From the NCBI GenBank assembly GCA_964016885.1, contig OZ024763.1, positions 13,144,001 through 13,208,000 of the forward strand: a DNA stretch of 64,000 nt, written 5' to 3'. The stretch is from Eledone cirrhosa (taxonomy: Eukaryota). The position numbers and the translations under genes were made by a program. The notes below the pieces were generated by a model. It saw only the letters and a program-made list of their open reading frames with translations, was not told the origin of the DNA and made no database searches. Below, one piece after another: positions 39,601-51,951 of the stretch (the first letter of the stretch is position 1; each line of letters begins with the position of its first letter).

Positions 39601-42558
39601 CCACCCCAGAATTACAAGGTGAAGTACTCAATACAGTGTCCACCCCCAAACTATAAGGTGAAGTACTCAATACAGTGTCCACCCCAGAATTACAAGGTGA
39701 AGTACTCAATACAGTGTCCACCCCCAAACTATAAGGTGAAGTACTCAATACAGTGTCCACCCCAGAATTACAAGGTGAAGTACTCAATACTGAGTCCACC
39801 CCAGACCGATAAGCCGTTAACTCCTGTGGTTGACAACAGAACATGTTTACTGTAAATGAAGGATTAATTGTTGGTGCGAGGTCTTCTGAAGCAGGAATTG
39901 AAGGGGCTATGGTTTTATTACCATCAGAGAGGTCAGTGGTTCTATTCCCAGCACAGGGTCCAGCAGTGGTTTGGTTACCATCACATCGTGAGGTGCTTTC
40001 ATCACCATCACAAAGGTCAGTGGTTCTATCACTATCAGAGAGGTCAATGGCTCTATCACCATCAAAGAGGTCAATGGCTCTATCACCATCAGAGAGGTCA
40101 ATGGCTCTATCACCATCAGAGAGGTCAATGGCTCTATCACCATCTGAGAGGTCAATGGCTCTATCACCATCTGAGAGGTCAATGGCTCTATCACCATCAA
40201 AGAGGTCAATGGCTCTATCACTATCAGAGAGGTCAATGGCTCTATCACTATCAGAGAGGTTAATGGCTCTATCACTATCAGAGAGGTCAATAATTTTATC
40301 ACCATCAAAGAGGTCAGTGGTTCGATCACCATCAGAGAGGTCAGTGGTTCTACTCCCATCAGAGAGGTCAATAATTTTATCACCATCAGAGAGGTCAGTG
40401 GTTCTACTCCCATCAGAGAGGTTAGTGGTTCTAGTCCAATCCCAAAGGTCAGTGGTTCTATCGCCATCAGAGAGATCAATGGCTCTATCAGAGAGGTCAG
40501 TGGTTCTATCGCCATCAGAGAGGTCAGTGGTTCTATCGCCATCAGAGAGATCAATGGCTCTATCAGAGAGGTCAATAGTTTTATCACCATCAAAGAGGTC
40601 AGTGGTTCTATCACCATCCCAAAGGTCAGTGGTTCTATCACCATCAGAGAGGTCAGTGGTTCTATCAGAGAAGTCAGTGGTTCTATCAGAGAGGTCAGTG
40701 GTTCTATCGCCAACAGAGAGGTCAGTAGTTTTATCACCATCAGAGAGGTCAGTGGTTCTATCGCCAACAGAGAGGTCAGTAGTTTTATCACCATCAGAGA
40801 GGTCAGTGGTTCTATCAGAGAGGTCAGTGGTTCTATCGCCAACAGAGAGGTCAGTAGTTTTATCGCAATCAGAGAGGTCAGTAGTTCTATCGCCATCAGA
40901 GAGGTCAGTGGTTCTATCGCCAACAGAGAGGTCAGTGGTTTTATCGCCATCCAAAAGGTCAGTGGTTCTATCACTATCCCAAAGGTCAGTGGTTCTATCG
41001 CCAACATAGAGGTCAGTAGTTTTATCACCATCAGAGAGGTCAGTAGTTTTATCACTATCAGAGAGGTCAGTAGTTTTATCACCATCATAGAGGTCAATGG
41101 CTGTATCACCATCCCAAAGGTCAGTGGTTCTATCGCCAACATAGAGGTCAGTAGTTTTATCACCATCAGAGAGGTCAGTAGTTTTATCGCTATCAGAGAG
41201 GTCAGTAGTTTTATCACCATCATAGAGGTCAATGGCTGTATCACCATCCCAAAGGTCAGTGGTTCTATCGCCATCAGAGAGGTCAGTGGTTTTATTACTG
41301 TCACAGGGTGGGACAGTCTCATTGGCATCACTGAGTGGGACAATCTCATTGACATCCCAGGGTGGGCTGGTCTTGTTACCATCCCAGGGAGAAGAAGTCT
41401 TGTTACCATCCCAGGGTGAAGAAGTCTTGTTACCATCACATGGTGAAGAAGTCTTGTTACCATCACATGGTGAAGAAGTCTTGTTACCATCACATGGTGA
41501 AGAAGTCTTGTTACCATCCCAGGGTGAAGAAGTCTTGTTACCATCCCAGGGTGAAGAAGTCTTGTTACCATCACATGGTGAAGAAGTCTTGTTACCATCA
41601 CATGGTGAAGAAGTCTTGTTACCATCACATGGTGAAGAAGTCTTGTTACCATCACATGGTGAAGAAGTCTTGTTACCATCCCAGGGTGAAGAAGTCTTGT
41701 TACCATCCCAGGGTGAAGAAGTCTTGTTACCATCACATGGTGAAGAAGTCTTGTTACCATCACATGGTGAAGAAGTCTTGTTACCATCACAGGGCAAAGA
41801 AGTCTTGTTACCATCACAGGGCAAAGAAGTCTTGTTACCATCCCAGGATGAAGAAGTCTTGTTACCATCCCAGGGTGAAGAAGTCTTGTTACCATCCAAG
41901 GGTGAAGAAGTCTTGTTACCATCACATGGTGAAGAAGTCTTGTTACCATCACAGAGTGAAGAAGTCTTGTTACCATTACAGGGTGAAGAAGTCTTGTTAC
42001 CATCCCAGGATGAAGAAGTCTTGTTACCATCACAGGGTGAAGAAGACTTGTTACCATCCCAGGATGAAGAAGTCTTGTTACCATCACAGGGTGGGCTGGT
42101 CTTGTTACCATCACAGAATGAAGAAGTCTTGTTACCATCACAGAGTGAAGAAGTCTTGTTACCATCACAGGGTGGGCTGGTCTTGTTACCATCACAGGGT
42201 GCAGAAGTCTTGTTACCATCACAGGGTGGGCTGGTCTTGTTACCATCACAGAGTGAAGAAGTCTTGTTACCATCACAGGGTGGGCTGGTCTTGTTACCAT
42301 CACAGAGTGAAGAAGTCTTGTTACCATCACAGGGTGGGCTGGTCTTGTTACCATCACAGGGTGAAGAAGTCGTGTTACCATCACAAAGTGGGATCGTCGC
42401 ATTTACATCACAAGGTAAAGTTGCTGTGTTACCATCATATGGTGAGGTAGTCACACTACCATCCGAAGGTATGGTGGTCCTGTTACCCTCACAGGGTCCA
42501 TTGATTTCTGTAAAGAACTCTGGAATTTTCTGGAATTTGGTAAATTCTCTTGGATTTT
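36629..42558 (-). CDS. Giant 5930-nt exon of an Ig-domain (titin/unc-89-like) protein, built of tandem peptide repeats
   Basis: Uninterrupted ORF of more than 1950 aa including non-repetitive stretches; TTCTTTCTTGCAG acceptor (phase 1) and AAG|GTAAGA donor (phase 0); 9-aa CDGNKTSSP and DGDRTTDLS, 13-aa SPCNSGVDTVLST, 15-aa VCKVPEMSGVGEVPE repeats, then an S/T-rich region. Confidence 0.8.
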
Positions 42559-42980
42559 CTGCAAGAAAGAATTTTCTTCAATTAGTATATATGAAGGGCA
42601 GTGCTCCAGCATGGCCTTAGCCGGATGGCTGGAACAAGTAAAAGAGTAAATATGTGTGTGTATTACAGTTTTACTCTTTTACCTGTTCCAGTCCACTGGC
42701 TGAGGACATGCTGGGGCACCGCCATTGATTTTACACACATGCTCACATACATACATACACACATATATATAAAGATGGTGTTGGACAGAACAAAGGAGAG
42801 AGACAAAATAACAAGGGTAATCACTGAGGAGGTCATAGAATGTGTGACAAAAGAGCTTTGACAATCAACAAATAAATAAACAACCATCCAGTTATTAAAC
42901 TGAGTGTGAGTTTACAATAAATTCAAGTAAAAACCAACAGGTGCAAGTGTTTTTTATTGGCAGCATGACCCTTCCAAAGG

Positions 42981-43020
<40 letters not shown>

Positions 43021-43050
43021 AAAGAATAGAGGTGTAACACACAAGTTATT

Positions 43051-43285
43051 ATATATTGGTAAACGGAATAGAAAATGCTGACAAATTGTTCACAGTTGAA
43101 AAATGGTTTAATTAGGAATAAAAGAGTATTAGTGATTGTATGGGTTAGTATTCAGTTGTGGTTTTAAGTTTAAAAACTTAAAACCACAACTGAATACTAA
43201 CCCATACAATCACTAATACTCTTTTATTCCTAATTAAACCATTTTTCAACTGTGAACAATTTGTCAGCATTTTCTATTCCGTTTA

Positions 43286-43294
<9 letters not shown>
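43051..43294. repeat. Near-perfect 240-bp palindrome in (TA)n with degenerate hammerhead 3' half (GAAC-AATTT-GTC-AGCA)
   Basis: Arms are reverse complements around TTTTAAGTTT-A-AAACTTAAAA at about 43172. Confidence 0.9.
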
Positions 43295-43325
<31 letters not shown>

Positions 43326-43410
43326 TAAGTTATTCCGGGTTGAATCGGAGGTAACCACAGTAAGTAAGGTACTCAATACATAGCAGAGTATAAAAGTTTT
43401 AAAATAGAAG

Positions 43411-43461
43411 AGCTTCTACAGGACTAGAACTGTTTAATTCGTGAGAAATCATCAGGAAGCT
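43411..43461 (-). ncRNA. Hammerhead ribozyme with one core mutation, in a pLTR-like element (43323-43810; relative 55478-55622)
   Basis: AGCTTC-CTGATGA-TTTC TCAC GAAT-TAAAC-AG..CT-GTA-GAAGCT; the sister copy at about 55591 retains GAAAC. Confidence 0.6.
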
Positions 43462-43811
43462 GGCTGTCCAAGTAAATGGTAGTATTTATATCTTTCCTTA
43501 TCCAGTGGTGGGAGAGGGTGGGGATTGGGATGGGTGTAGGTCATTGGTTGAAGGATTTAAAGAAAAGGGAGTTCATTAAAAGCTATAATATTAACAAAGG
43601 CAGAAAGAATACTGTAAACAAGTTCAAAATTGGAATACCAATCCTTGTTTATCACCTAGACTAACAATGCCTGTAAGACAGGTGTCTACAGGATAGGTGG
43701 AGTTCAATGGTTTAAAGAAAAGGGAAAGCTTTAGAAGCTAATTCTTTAAGGCTGAAGTAAGGGTGACAAAGGCAGAAAGGGTTCCATCAACAGATTCAAG
43801 TGTTGGGGTAT

Positions 43812-44760
43812 ATATATATAATAAATTCATAATGATATATACATATATATTTAGACATAATCACAGATACATATATGAGTGTGGCTACCTTCCATGGTGT
43901 GGCTCAATGAAAAAATTAATTAAGCAAATAATTATTAATCAGAGCTATATAAAATTATAAGTTTGAAGAACAGACAGATAAAATATATCCAATTTTTCTT
44001 CTCCTTAGTCAGTAGAAATCAACTAGATAAATAATCATTTAAACGGAGCTAAGTTTAAAATGTAACTTCAAAGAAATAACAGATAAATGTCACAGACTTT
44101 CCTCCGCAAGGAACAGTCAGATAAAATTTACCCAGTCTTTTCTCTTAGTCCGTAGAAATTAACTAGACAAATAATCAATTAAACGGAGCTAAGTCTAAAA
44201 TACAAGTTTGAAGAAAAACTGTATATAAACTTTACCAAAGTTCTAGTCCAGGATATTTTCGCTCATACTTTGTGGATATGTCCAATCCTGGTATTATCCA
44301 CGAGGCTTCGAGTTTATCAAGAGACTCCTTCAAGAGGGCTAAGATTTCCACAATGATTACCACCAGAAATGAATCCAAATTGGGTAAGAATCATCACGTG
44401 GCCAACGGTCAAAGTAGAAGGGTCTGGTCTGAAGGGTAGGCAGGTAGGTTTGCTGCTAGAAGGAGCAGTTAGTTACCGCCTAAGGTTTACTCGACCAAAA
44501 CGGAGTATAGAATAAATTCATAAGGACATATATGTATATATTTAGACATAGTCACAGATACATATAAAAGTGTGGCTACCTTCCACAGTGTGGCTCAAAG
44601 AAAAATTAATTAAGCAAATAATTATTAATCAGAGCTATATAAAATTATAAGTTTATAAAATTATAATTATAGCTCCGTTTAAATGATTATTTATCTGGTT
44701 AATTTCTACGGTCTAAGGAGAAGAAAAATTGGATATATTTTATCTGTCTGTTCTTCAAAC
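43812..44760 (+). repeat. Unclassified interspersed repeat with internal direct repeats and partial re-duplication
   Basis: 43845-43965 repeated at 44535-44655; subrepeats of about 150 bp; 44670-44760 inverted. Confidence 0.7.
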
Positions 44761-44915
44761 ATATATATATATATATATATATATATAGTAGAATAATCGA
44801 GTATCGAAAAATCGGCGCACGAGTTCACGATAAACAAATTCGACATGAGTGGCAGAGGGCTCAATAATTCAGATAAATCAGAGCTATAACTATCGTTAAA
44901 ATACCAACACACAAA

Positions 44916-44978
<63 letters not shown>

Positions 44979-44987
44979 CACATACAT

Positions 44988-45362
44988 ATCATCATCATCA
45001 TCTTTTAACGTCTATCTTCCACGGTAGCATGGGTTTGTCCCACTTGAGGCAAGATTGATTGGGTGGCTGTGTCTCGCTCGCATAGAACTGTATCTAGCTG
45101 GTTTTCTACGGCTGGATGCCCTTCCTAACGCCAACCACATTTACAGTGAGGACTGGGAGCTTTTTTACCGTGTCTCCTACATGACCACTTTACAGTGTGG
45201 ACTGAGAGCTTTTTGTTGTGATACTTACACGACCACTTATGGGCTGGATGTTCTGTGGTACCAACATAACTTTACAGAGAAAGGGTGGTGTGGGTGGAAG
45301 TGAGAGGATGGAGTAGGGGTAGTGGGTTGGGGGGTGTATATTGGGTTAAGAGGTGCCTACTG
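44988..45362 (-). mobile_element. RTE LINE 3' tail
   Basis: Reverse complement of the family at 3568-4014. Confidence 0.85.
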
Positions 45363-45545
45363 GGACAATTGCTGGTCTTGTGCCAAAAGTAGAAACAATT
45401 ATCTTTTATAAGGCATGTGGCTTTATTTCACGTTGCTCCTTCTACCTGGAGTTGCGACCGATAGACAGTACTAGCAACTGGAAAGAGCGTCGAAAACATT
45501 GTTTACTCGGTCCGATTTGGTGAAAGTTGATCGCTCGCACAGACA

Positions 45546-45546
<1 letters not shown>

Positions 45547-45588
<42 letters not shown>

Positions 45589-47405
45589 GTTTAACGTCCG
45601 TGTTCTACGCTTGCATGGGTTTGGACGAGGGTTTTCCCACTTGAGGCAAGAGTGGTTGTCTTGCTCGCATAGGACTGTCTGGCGGGTTTTCTACAGCTGG
45701 ATGCCCTTCCTAACACCAACCACGTTTACAGTGTGGGGCTGGGAGGTTTTTACCGTGTTGCCTACACGGCCACATTACAGCGTGGACTGTCTGGCGGGTT
45801 TTCTACAGCTGGATGCCCTTCCTAACACCAACCACATTTACAGTGTGGGGCTGGGAGGTTTTTACCGTGTTGCCTACACGGCTACATTACAGCGTGGACT
45901 GTCTGGCGGGTTTTCTACAGCTGGATGCCCTTCCTAACACCAACCACGTTTACAGTGTGGGGCTGGGAGGTTTTTACCGTGTTGCCTACACGGCCACATT
46001 ACAGCGTGGACTGTCTGGTGGGATTTCTACAGCTGGATGCCCTTCCTATCACCAACCACATTTACAGTGTGGGTCTGGGAGGTTTTTACCGTGTTGCCTA
46101 CACGGCCACATTACAGCGTGGACTGTCTGGTGGGTTTTCTACAGCTGGATGCCCTTCCTATCACCAACCACATTTACAGTGTGGGGCTGGGAGGTTTTTA
46201 CCGTGTTGCCTACACGGCCACATTACAGCGTGGACTGTCTGGTGGGTTTTCTACAGCTGGATGCCCTTCCTAACACCAACCACATTTACAGTGTGGGGCT
46301 GGGAGGTTTTTACCGTGTTGCCTACATGGCCACATTACAGCGTGGACTGTCTGGTGGGTTTTCTACAGCTGGATGCCCTTCCTAACACCAACCACATTTA
46401 CAGTGTGGGGCTGGGAGGTTTTTACCGTGTTGCCTACACGGCCACATTACAGCGTGGACTGTCTGGTGGGTTTTCTACAGCTGGATGCCCTTCCTAACAC
46501 CAACCACATTTACAGTGTGGGGCTGGGAGGTTTTTACCGTGTTGCCTACACGGCCACATTACAGCGTGGACTGTCTGGTGGGTTTTCTACAGCTGGATGC
46601 CCTTCCTAACACCAACCACATTTACAGTGTGGGGCTGGGAGGTTTTTACCGTGTTGCCTACACGGCCACATTACAGCGTGGACTGTCTGGTGGGTTTTCT
46701 ACAGCTGGATGCCCTTCCTAACACCAACCACATTTACAGTGTGGGGCTGGGAGGTTTTTACCGTGTTGCCTACACGGCCACATTACAGCGTGGACTGTCT
46801 GGTGGGTTTTCTACAGCTGGATGCCCTTCCTAACACCAACCACATTTACAGTGTGGGGCTGGGAGGTTTTTACCGTGTTGCCTACACGGCCACATTACAG
46901 CGTGGACTGTCTGGTGGGTTTTCTACAGCTGGATGCCCTTCCTAACACCAACCACATTTACAGTGTGGGGCTGGGAGGTTTTTACCGTGTTGCCTACATG
47001 GCCACATTACAGCGTGGACTGTCTGGTGGGTTTTCTACAGCTGGATGCCCTTCCTAACACCAACCACATTTACAGTGTGGGGCTGGGAGGTTTTTACCGT
47101 GTTGCCTACACGGCCACATTACAGCGTGGACTGTCTGGTGGGTTTTCTACAGCTGGATGCCCTTCCTAACACCAACCACATTTACAGTGTGGGGCTGGGA
47201 GGTTTTTACCGTGTTACCTACACGGCCACATTACAGTGTGGACTGTGTTTTTTTGTCGTGACACCTACACGACCTCATTTGTTTCGGCCTGGATGTTGTG
47301 GCACCAACATAACTTTACATTGAAAGGGGCGGTGTGGATGGGGTGGGGGTGGTGGGACGGGGGTGTATTTTGTTAGAGATGCCTACTGACTGTAGTAGGT
47401 TTTAC
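45547..47405 (-). mobile_element. RTE 3' tail with a 112-bp segment amplified about 14 times
   Basis: Identical ORFs recur every 112 bp; flanks match the reverse complement of 34520-34872. Confidence 0.95.
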
Positions 47406-47531
47406 TGTTTTTTTACTTTGTTTTACATATATATATTATATAAACAGACACACACACAGACACACACATATACATATTATATATAGATATGTGTATATAC
47501 ACATGTATAAATATATAAAAGCTGGTCTTAC

Positions 47532-47819
47532 GTGTAATTAGAATATAGGTTGTGCACATTAGGTTCCCCAGTGGGTTGGTAGCATGGAACTCATAGTAAC
47601 CATCATCTTCTGCTGTCACATTATTAATGACGAGACGATACACATCACCATGATGAGATATCTTGAGACGATTATCCGAACAGAGTTGTTTGCCCTTGAA
47701 TTTCCACGAAACCGTAGGTGGGGGGTCCCCAGTGATGCAACACTGCAGGCAAACGGTGTCACCCCTTGCTGCAGTCACAGCTTCCAAAGACTGTACTACT
47801 GTAGGGGCGAAGCCAAGCA
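47532..47819 (-). CDS. Ig I-set domain exon 2 (phase 1-1)
   Basis: APTVVQSLEAVTAARGDTVCLQCCITGDPPPTVSWKF...YRLVINNVTAEDDGYYEFHATNPLG; TTTCTATTCCAG acceptor, C|GTAAGA donor; 288 nt. Confidence 0.9.
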
Positions 47820-47913
47820 CTGGAATAGAAATAAAGCGTTTAAGGAGGCTGTGTGGGGAGAGATGAAATAAAAACTGAAATTGGTATTGGTGTTGTTGTT
47901 ATTATTGCACATA

Positions 47914-48228
47914 AAGGCAGTGAATTGGCAGTATCGGTAGAGGGTCGGACACCATGTTTTGCAGCATAGAGTTACGGCCCTTTACTGTCTGAGTTCAAAT
48001 CCCGCCGAGGTTAACTTTGCCTTTCATCCTTACGGGGTCAATAAAATAAAGTACCAGCAATGCACTGGGGGTAATTGCTGGCCTTGTGCCTAAAATAGAA
48101 ACAATTATTTTTATTGCACATAAGGGCAGTGAATTGGCAGTATCGGTAGAGGGTCGGACACCATGCTTTGCAGCATAGAGTTACGGCCCTTTACGGTCTG
48201 AGTTCAAATCCCGCCATGGTTAACGTCT
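47914..48228 (+). mobile_element. Tandem SINE family B copies
   Basis: Match to 21119-21310. Confidence 0.8.
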
Positions 48229-48599
48229 GTGTGTTTTTATCATTCCCAGAGCACCTATTATTTCCAACACCAACACCACACTTGACCCCCCCCCCCTCCC
48301 CTCCATACACACACGTGTGTATCATGATTCATACACTGTCCACTTTCCTGACATTTGAACATTATTCTATGTACTATACATGCACCTTTGATGAGTTGTA
48401 GTGCACTTGAGCACTGTACAGAACGCAGAAATGCCCATTTGTACCGTCCTGTATTGTCCTGTACTGTCCTTAATGTCTACTTTATGTAAACCCTTGTGGT
48501 TAATAAAGAAATCATTATTTTTATTTTTATTTTTATTATTATTAAAATAAAGAAAGAATTATTATTATTATTATTATTACTATTATTATTACTACTACT

Positions 48600-48826
48600 T
48601 CTACTACAGGTATTGTTTCTGTTTTCATTTTCCACATTCAAGTTATTTCTATCTCTAGATCTTTATATTTGGAGAGTTTCTCTATTTCCTTGGAAGATAT
48701 ATTGTCATCTGTGGAGGTTGATACATCTAGTAGAAGGCATTTGCTTTCTTTGTGGTCTTTGACTGTAAAATCTGGTTGGTTGGCTTTAATCTCTCTGTCT
48801 GTATGTATTGGCATATCCCACAGTAT
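48600..48826 (-). mobile_element. R4/Dong-type non-LTR retrotransposon fragment (restriction-like endonuclease domain) in (TAA)n
   Basis: ILWDMPIHTDREIKANQPDFTVKDHKESKCLLLDVSTSTDDNISSKEIEKLSKYKDLEIEI*MW...IPVVV fits the RPD...D...K..KY..L RLE signature. Confidence 0.85.
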
Positions 48827-48856
48827 TATTATCATCATTATTATTATTATTACTAA

Positions 48857-50355
48857 GGGCGGTAGATTGGCAGTATCGGTAGAGAGTCGGACGCCATGCT
48901 TTGAAGCATAGTTATGTCCCTTTACGATCTGAGTTCAAATCCCGCCGAGGTTGACTTTGCTTTTCATCCTTACAGGGTCGATAAAATAAAGTACCAGTAA
49001 TGCACTGGGTAATTGCTGGCCTTGTGCCTAAAGTAGAAACAATTATTATTATTATTACTAGCAGAATATGTAGTGTGCATATTGATAGTATATGCAAGTG
49101 TCTCTCATGCATGTATAAATATATATGCTATCCCTAGGGTGAAATCTTAAAAATAAATATATGTTAAAACGAAAAAGGAGAAAATGAGATTAGCGATGGA
49201 AATATAAATGTTATGATATATAAACACTAACCACTAAGCCATGTGCCTTGATGATATTGGTATATAGTGAAGCCATGTGCCTTCACTATATACCAATATC
49301 ATCATCATCAGCGATGGAGATATATATAAATGGCATTACAGTGAAATGTTATGATATAAATACTAATGGAAGTTGACATTTGAAAGTTTTAACAAAAGTG
49401 AATATTGAAATAAGCAATACATTATATTTAAGATTATTTATGTTTAATGAAGAGCTAAGAATATTTAGTAGATAAATTACATAATATCCATTGATGATTT
49501 ATTCAAAGTAATCCAACCTATTTTAATAACGTGATGTAAAATAATAAACTGGACACAGTCTTGCAGTTCTCTAATCATTATATATTCATCCTTAATAAAG
49601 ATAAAATAAAGTACCAGTAATGCACTGGGTAATTGCTGGCCTTGTGCCTAAAGTAGAAACAATTATATATTCATCCTTACGGGGTCGATAAAATAAAGTA
49701 CCAGTAATGCACTGGGAAATTGCTGGCCTTGTGCCAAAAAGTAGAAACAATTATATATTAGATTATTATAGGGGGGGGGGGGGTGAATTGGTAGTAATTA
49801 GTAGAGTGTCGGGCAACATGCTTTAGTTAAAGTTACGACCCTTTACAATCTGAGTTCAAATCTTGCCGAGGTTTGTTTTGCTTTTCATCCTTACGGGGGT
49901 TGATAAAATAAAGCACCAGTAATGTACTGGGGTCGATTTAATTGACTTTTTCTGCCATCAATACTGTTAGTCTTTCTTGTACCTAAATCAGAAACCATTG
50001 GACGAAATGCTTAACGGCACATAGTTATGTCCCTTTACATTCTGAGTTCTAATACTGCAGATGTCAGCTTTGCGTTTATCCATACAGGGTCGATAAAATA
50101 AAGTACCAGTAACGCAACTGGGGTTCATTTAATCGACTCGACCCCTACTCTTCCAATTGCTGCCCTCGTTGGCAGTATCGGTAGAGGGTCAGAAGCCACG
50201 CTTTGCGGCATAGATTTACGGCCCTTTCCATTCTGAGTTCAAATCCCACCGAGGTTAACTTTGCCTTCCATCCTAACGGGGTCGATAAAATAAATCACCA
50301 GTAATGCACTGGGGAGTAATTGCTGGCCTTGTGCCAAAAGTAGAAACAATTATTA
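48857..50355 (+). mobile_element. Cluster of full and partial SINE family B copies
   Basis: GATAAAATAAAGTACCAGTAATGCACTGGG or close variants recur about six times. Confidence 0.8.
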
Positions 50356-50377
50356 GAAGAAGGAGAGAAATCCTTAC

Positions 50378-50677
50378 CCAAAAGTTGCGCCTGTGATTCA
50401 CAAGTACCGGCTGTGTTCGTTGCTGTGCATATGTAGGTGCCTTCATCATCTGCTAGAGTTTCCTGCAACTGGAGACTGGCACAGCGACCATCATAGGAGA
50501 TTATATACAATTCATTCTCAGTTAAGATGTCGTTGTTGTATTTCCATATCAGGGTGGGCTGTGGTGAACCTTCCACTTCCCATTCAAAGACAGCTGTAGA
50601 ACCAGCTTTTACTGTGATGTCTTTTAACTTGACCCTCAATTCTGGTACTCTGTCTTCTACACTGGAACTGTGGGGCT
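50378..50677 (-). CDS. Ig I-set domain exon 1 (phase 1-1)
   Basis: PELRVKLKDITVKAGSTAVFEWEVEGSPQPTLIWKYN...ASLQLQETLADDEGTYICTATNTAG.CESQAQLL; TACTTCCAG acceptor, G|GTAAGG donor; 300 nt; splicing to the next exon completes AQLLV. Confidence 0.9.
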
Positions 50678-50757
50678 CTGGAAGTACATTTCGTTGGTTC
50701 ATTCAATAAAATTTACCATTTTGTAAGACTTCAAACTTTTTTTACTATTAATATATA

Positions 50758-51145
50758 TCATCATCATCATTTTACGTCCGCTTTTCCCTGCTTGCAAGAG
50801 TGGGACGGGAACTGATTCTGGCTTGATTTCTACAGCTGGATGCCCTTCCTAACACCAACCTCATTTACGGTGAGTGCTGGGTGCTTTTTTTTTTCTGTGG
50901 CACCTAGACGTCCACTTTAAAGTGTGGGCTGGGTGCTTTTTTGCCGTGGCACCTCCACGACCACTTTGCAGTGGAATGATAGGGACCCCAGTCCCTATCA
51001 TCTCATTTCTACAGCTGAGTAAATTGGAGCAATGTGAAATAAAGTGTCTTGCTCAAGGAAACAACACATCACCCGGTCTGAGAATTGAACTCACAACCTT
51101 TCGATTACAAGGCCAATGTTCTAACCACTAAGCCATATGCCCCCA
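50758..51145 (-). mobile_element. tRNA-derived SINE family A
   Basis: Reverse complement of the 14744-15085 family. Confidence 0.85.
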
Positions 51146-51383
51146 TATATATATATATCACAGAAAAAAAGAGAATCAGTGTTGCGATGAATGGAATTTA
51201 TTGGACATATTACAATTGGTTCTCTGGCGACCAGCTCGAGGCACGATCGATGTGATGATCGAACCTGGTCCTCAGATATGTCTTGATTCTACAAAGCAGA
51301 TTTTCTGTGATATACTCTGCTCTATGAGAGCATCAAGTGCTCATACGGCCTACCTCATACGGACACTTTAAGCATCCAACACC

Positions 51384-51432
<49 letters not shown>

Positions 51433-51475
51433 TACATGTGCATATATACACACACACACATATATGTGCATATAT

Positions 51476-51506
<31 letters not shown>

Positions 51507-51726
51507 GACAAACAAATAAACATCACAGGTGGAACAGAACAGATCATGTACTGTCGTCTGCTTCAATGAATTTTATAACTAGTAAGACTGAGAGAGAGGA
51601 TGTGATAGATAGATAGAGAGATAGATGGATAGGACGAGAGAGAGAGAGAAAAAAAAGGGAAAATGAAGAAAAAAGGAGAGAGAGAGAGAGAAAGAAAAAA
51701 TGAAGAGAAAAAGAGAGAGTTAAAGT

Positions 51727-51767
<41 letters not shown>

Positions 51768-51866
51768 GGGCAAATTGAAGAGAAAAAGATGGAGTTAGAG
51801 AGACAGAGATAGATAGAGAGAGATTTATAGAGATAGAAAGTTAGAGAAAGAGAGAGATAGAAAGTT

Positions 51867-51909
<43 letters not shown>

Positions 51910-51951
51910 AAGAAAAAAAGAGAGTTACAGAGAGAGAGAGAGATTAACAAC

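Noticed and set aside
37326-42620. Long antisense and alternate-frame ORFs (451, 542, 388, 462, 831 aa) over the giant exon
   Set aside because: Largely confined to single repeat blocks; only the 1955-aa frame crosses all blocks and has matching splice sites.
45527-47323. Tandem 78-aa ORFs resembling a small gene cluster
   Set aside because: Antisense translation of a 112-bp repeat from an RTE 3' UTR.
47532-50677. Naming the gene titin, twitchin, unc-89/obscurin or MLCK
   Set aside because: Two I-set domains alone do not establish orthology; no kinase, Fn3 or RhoGEF exons were recognised in the window.
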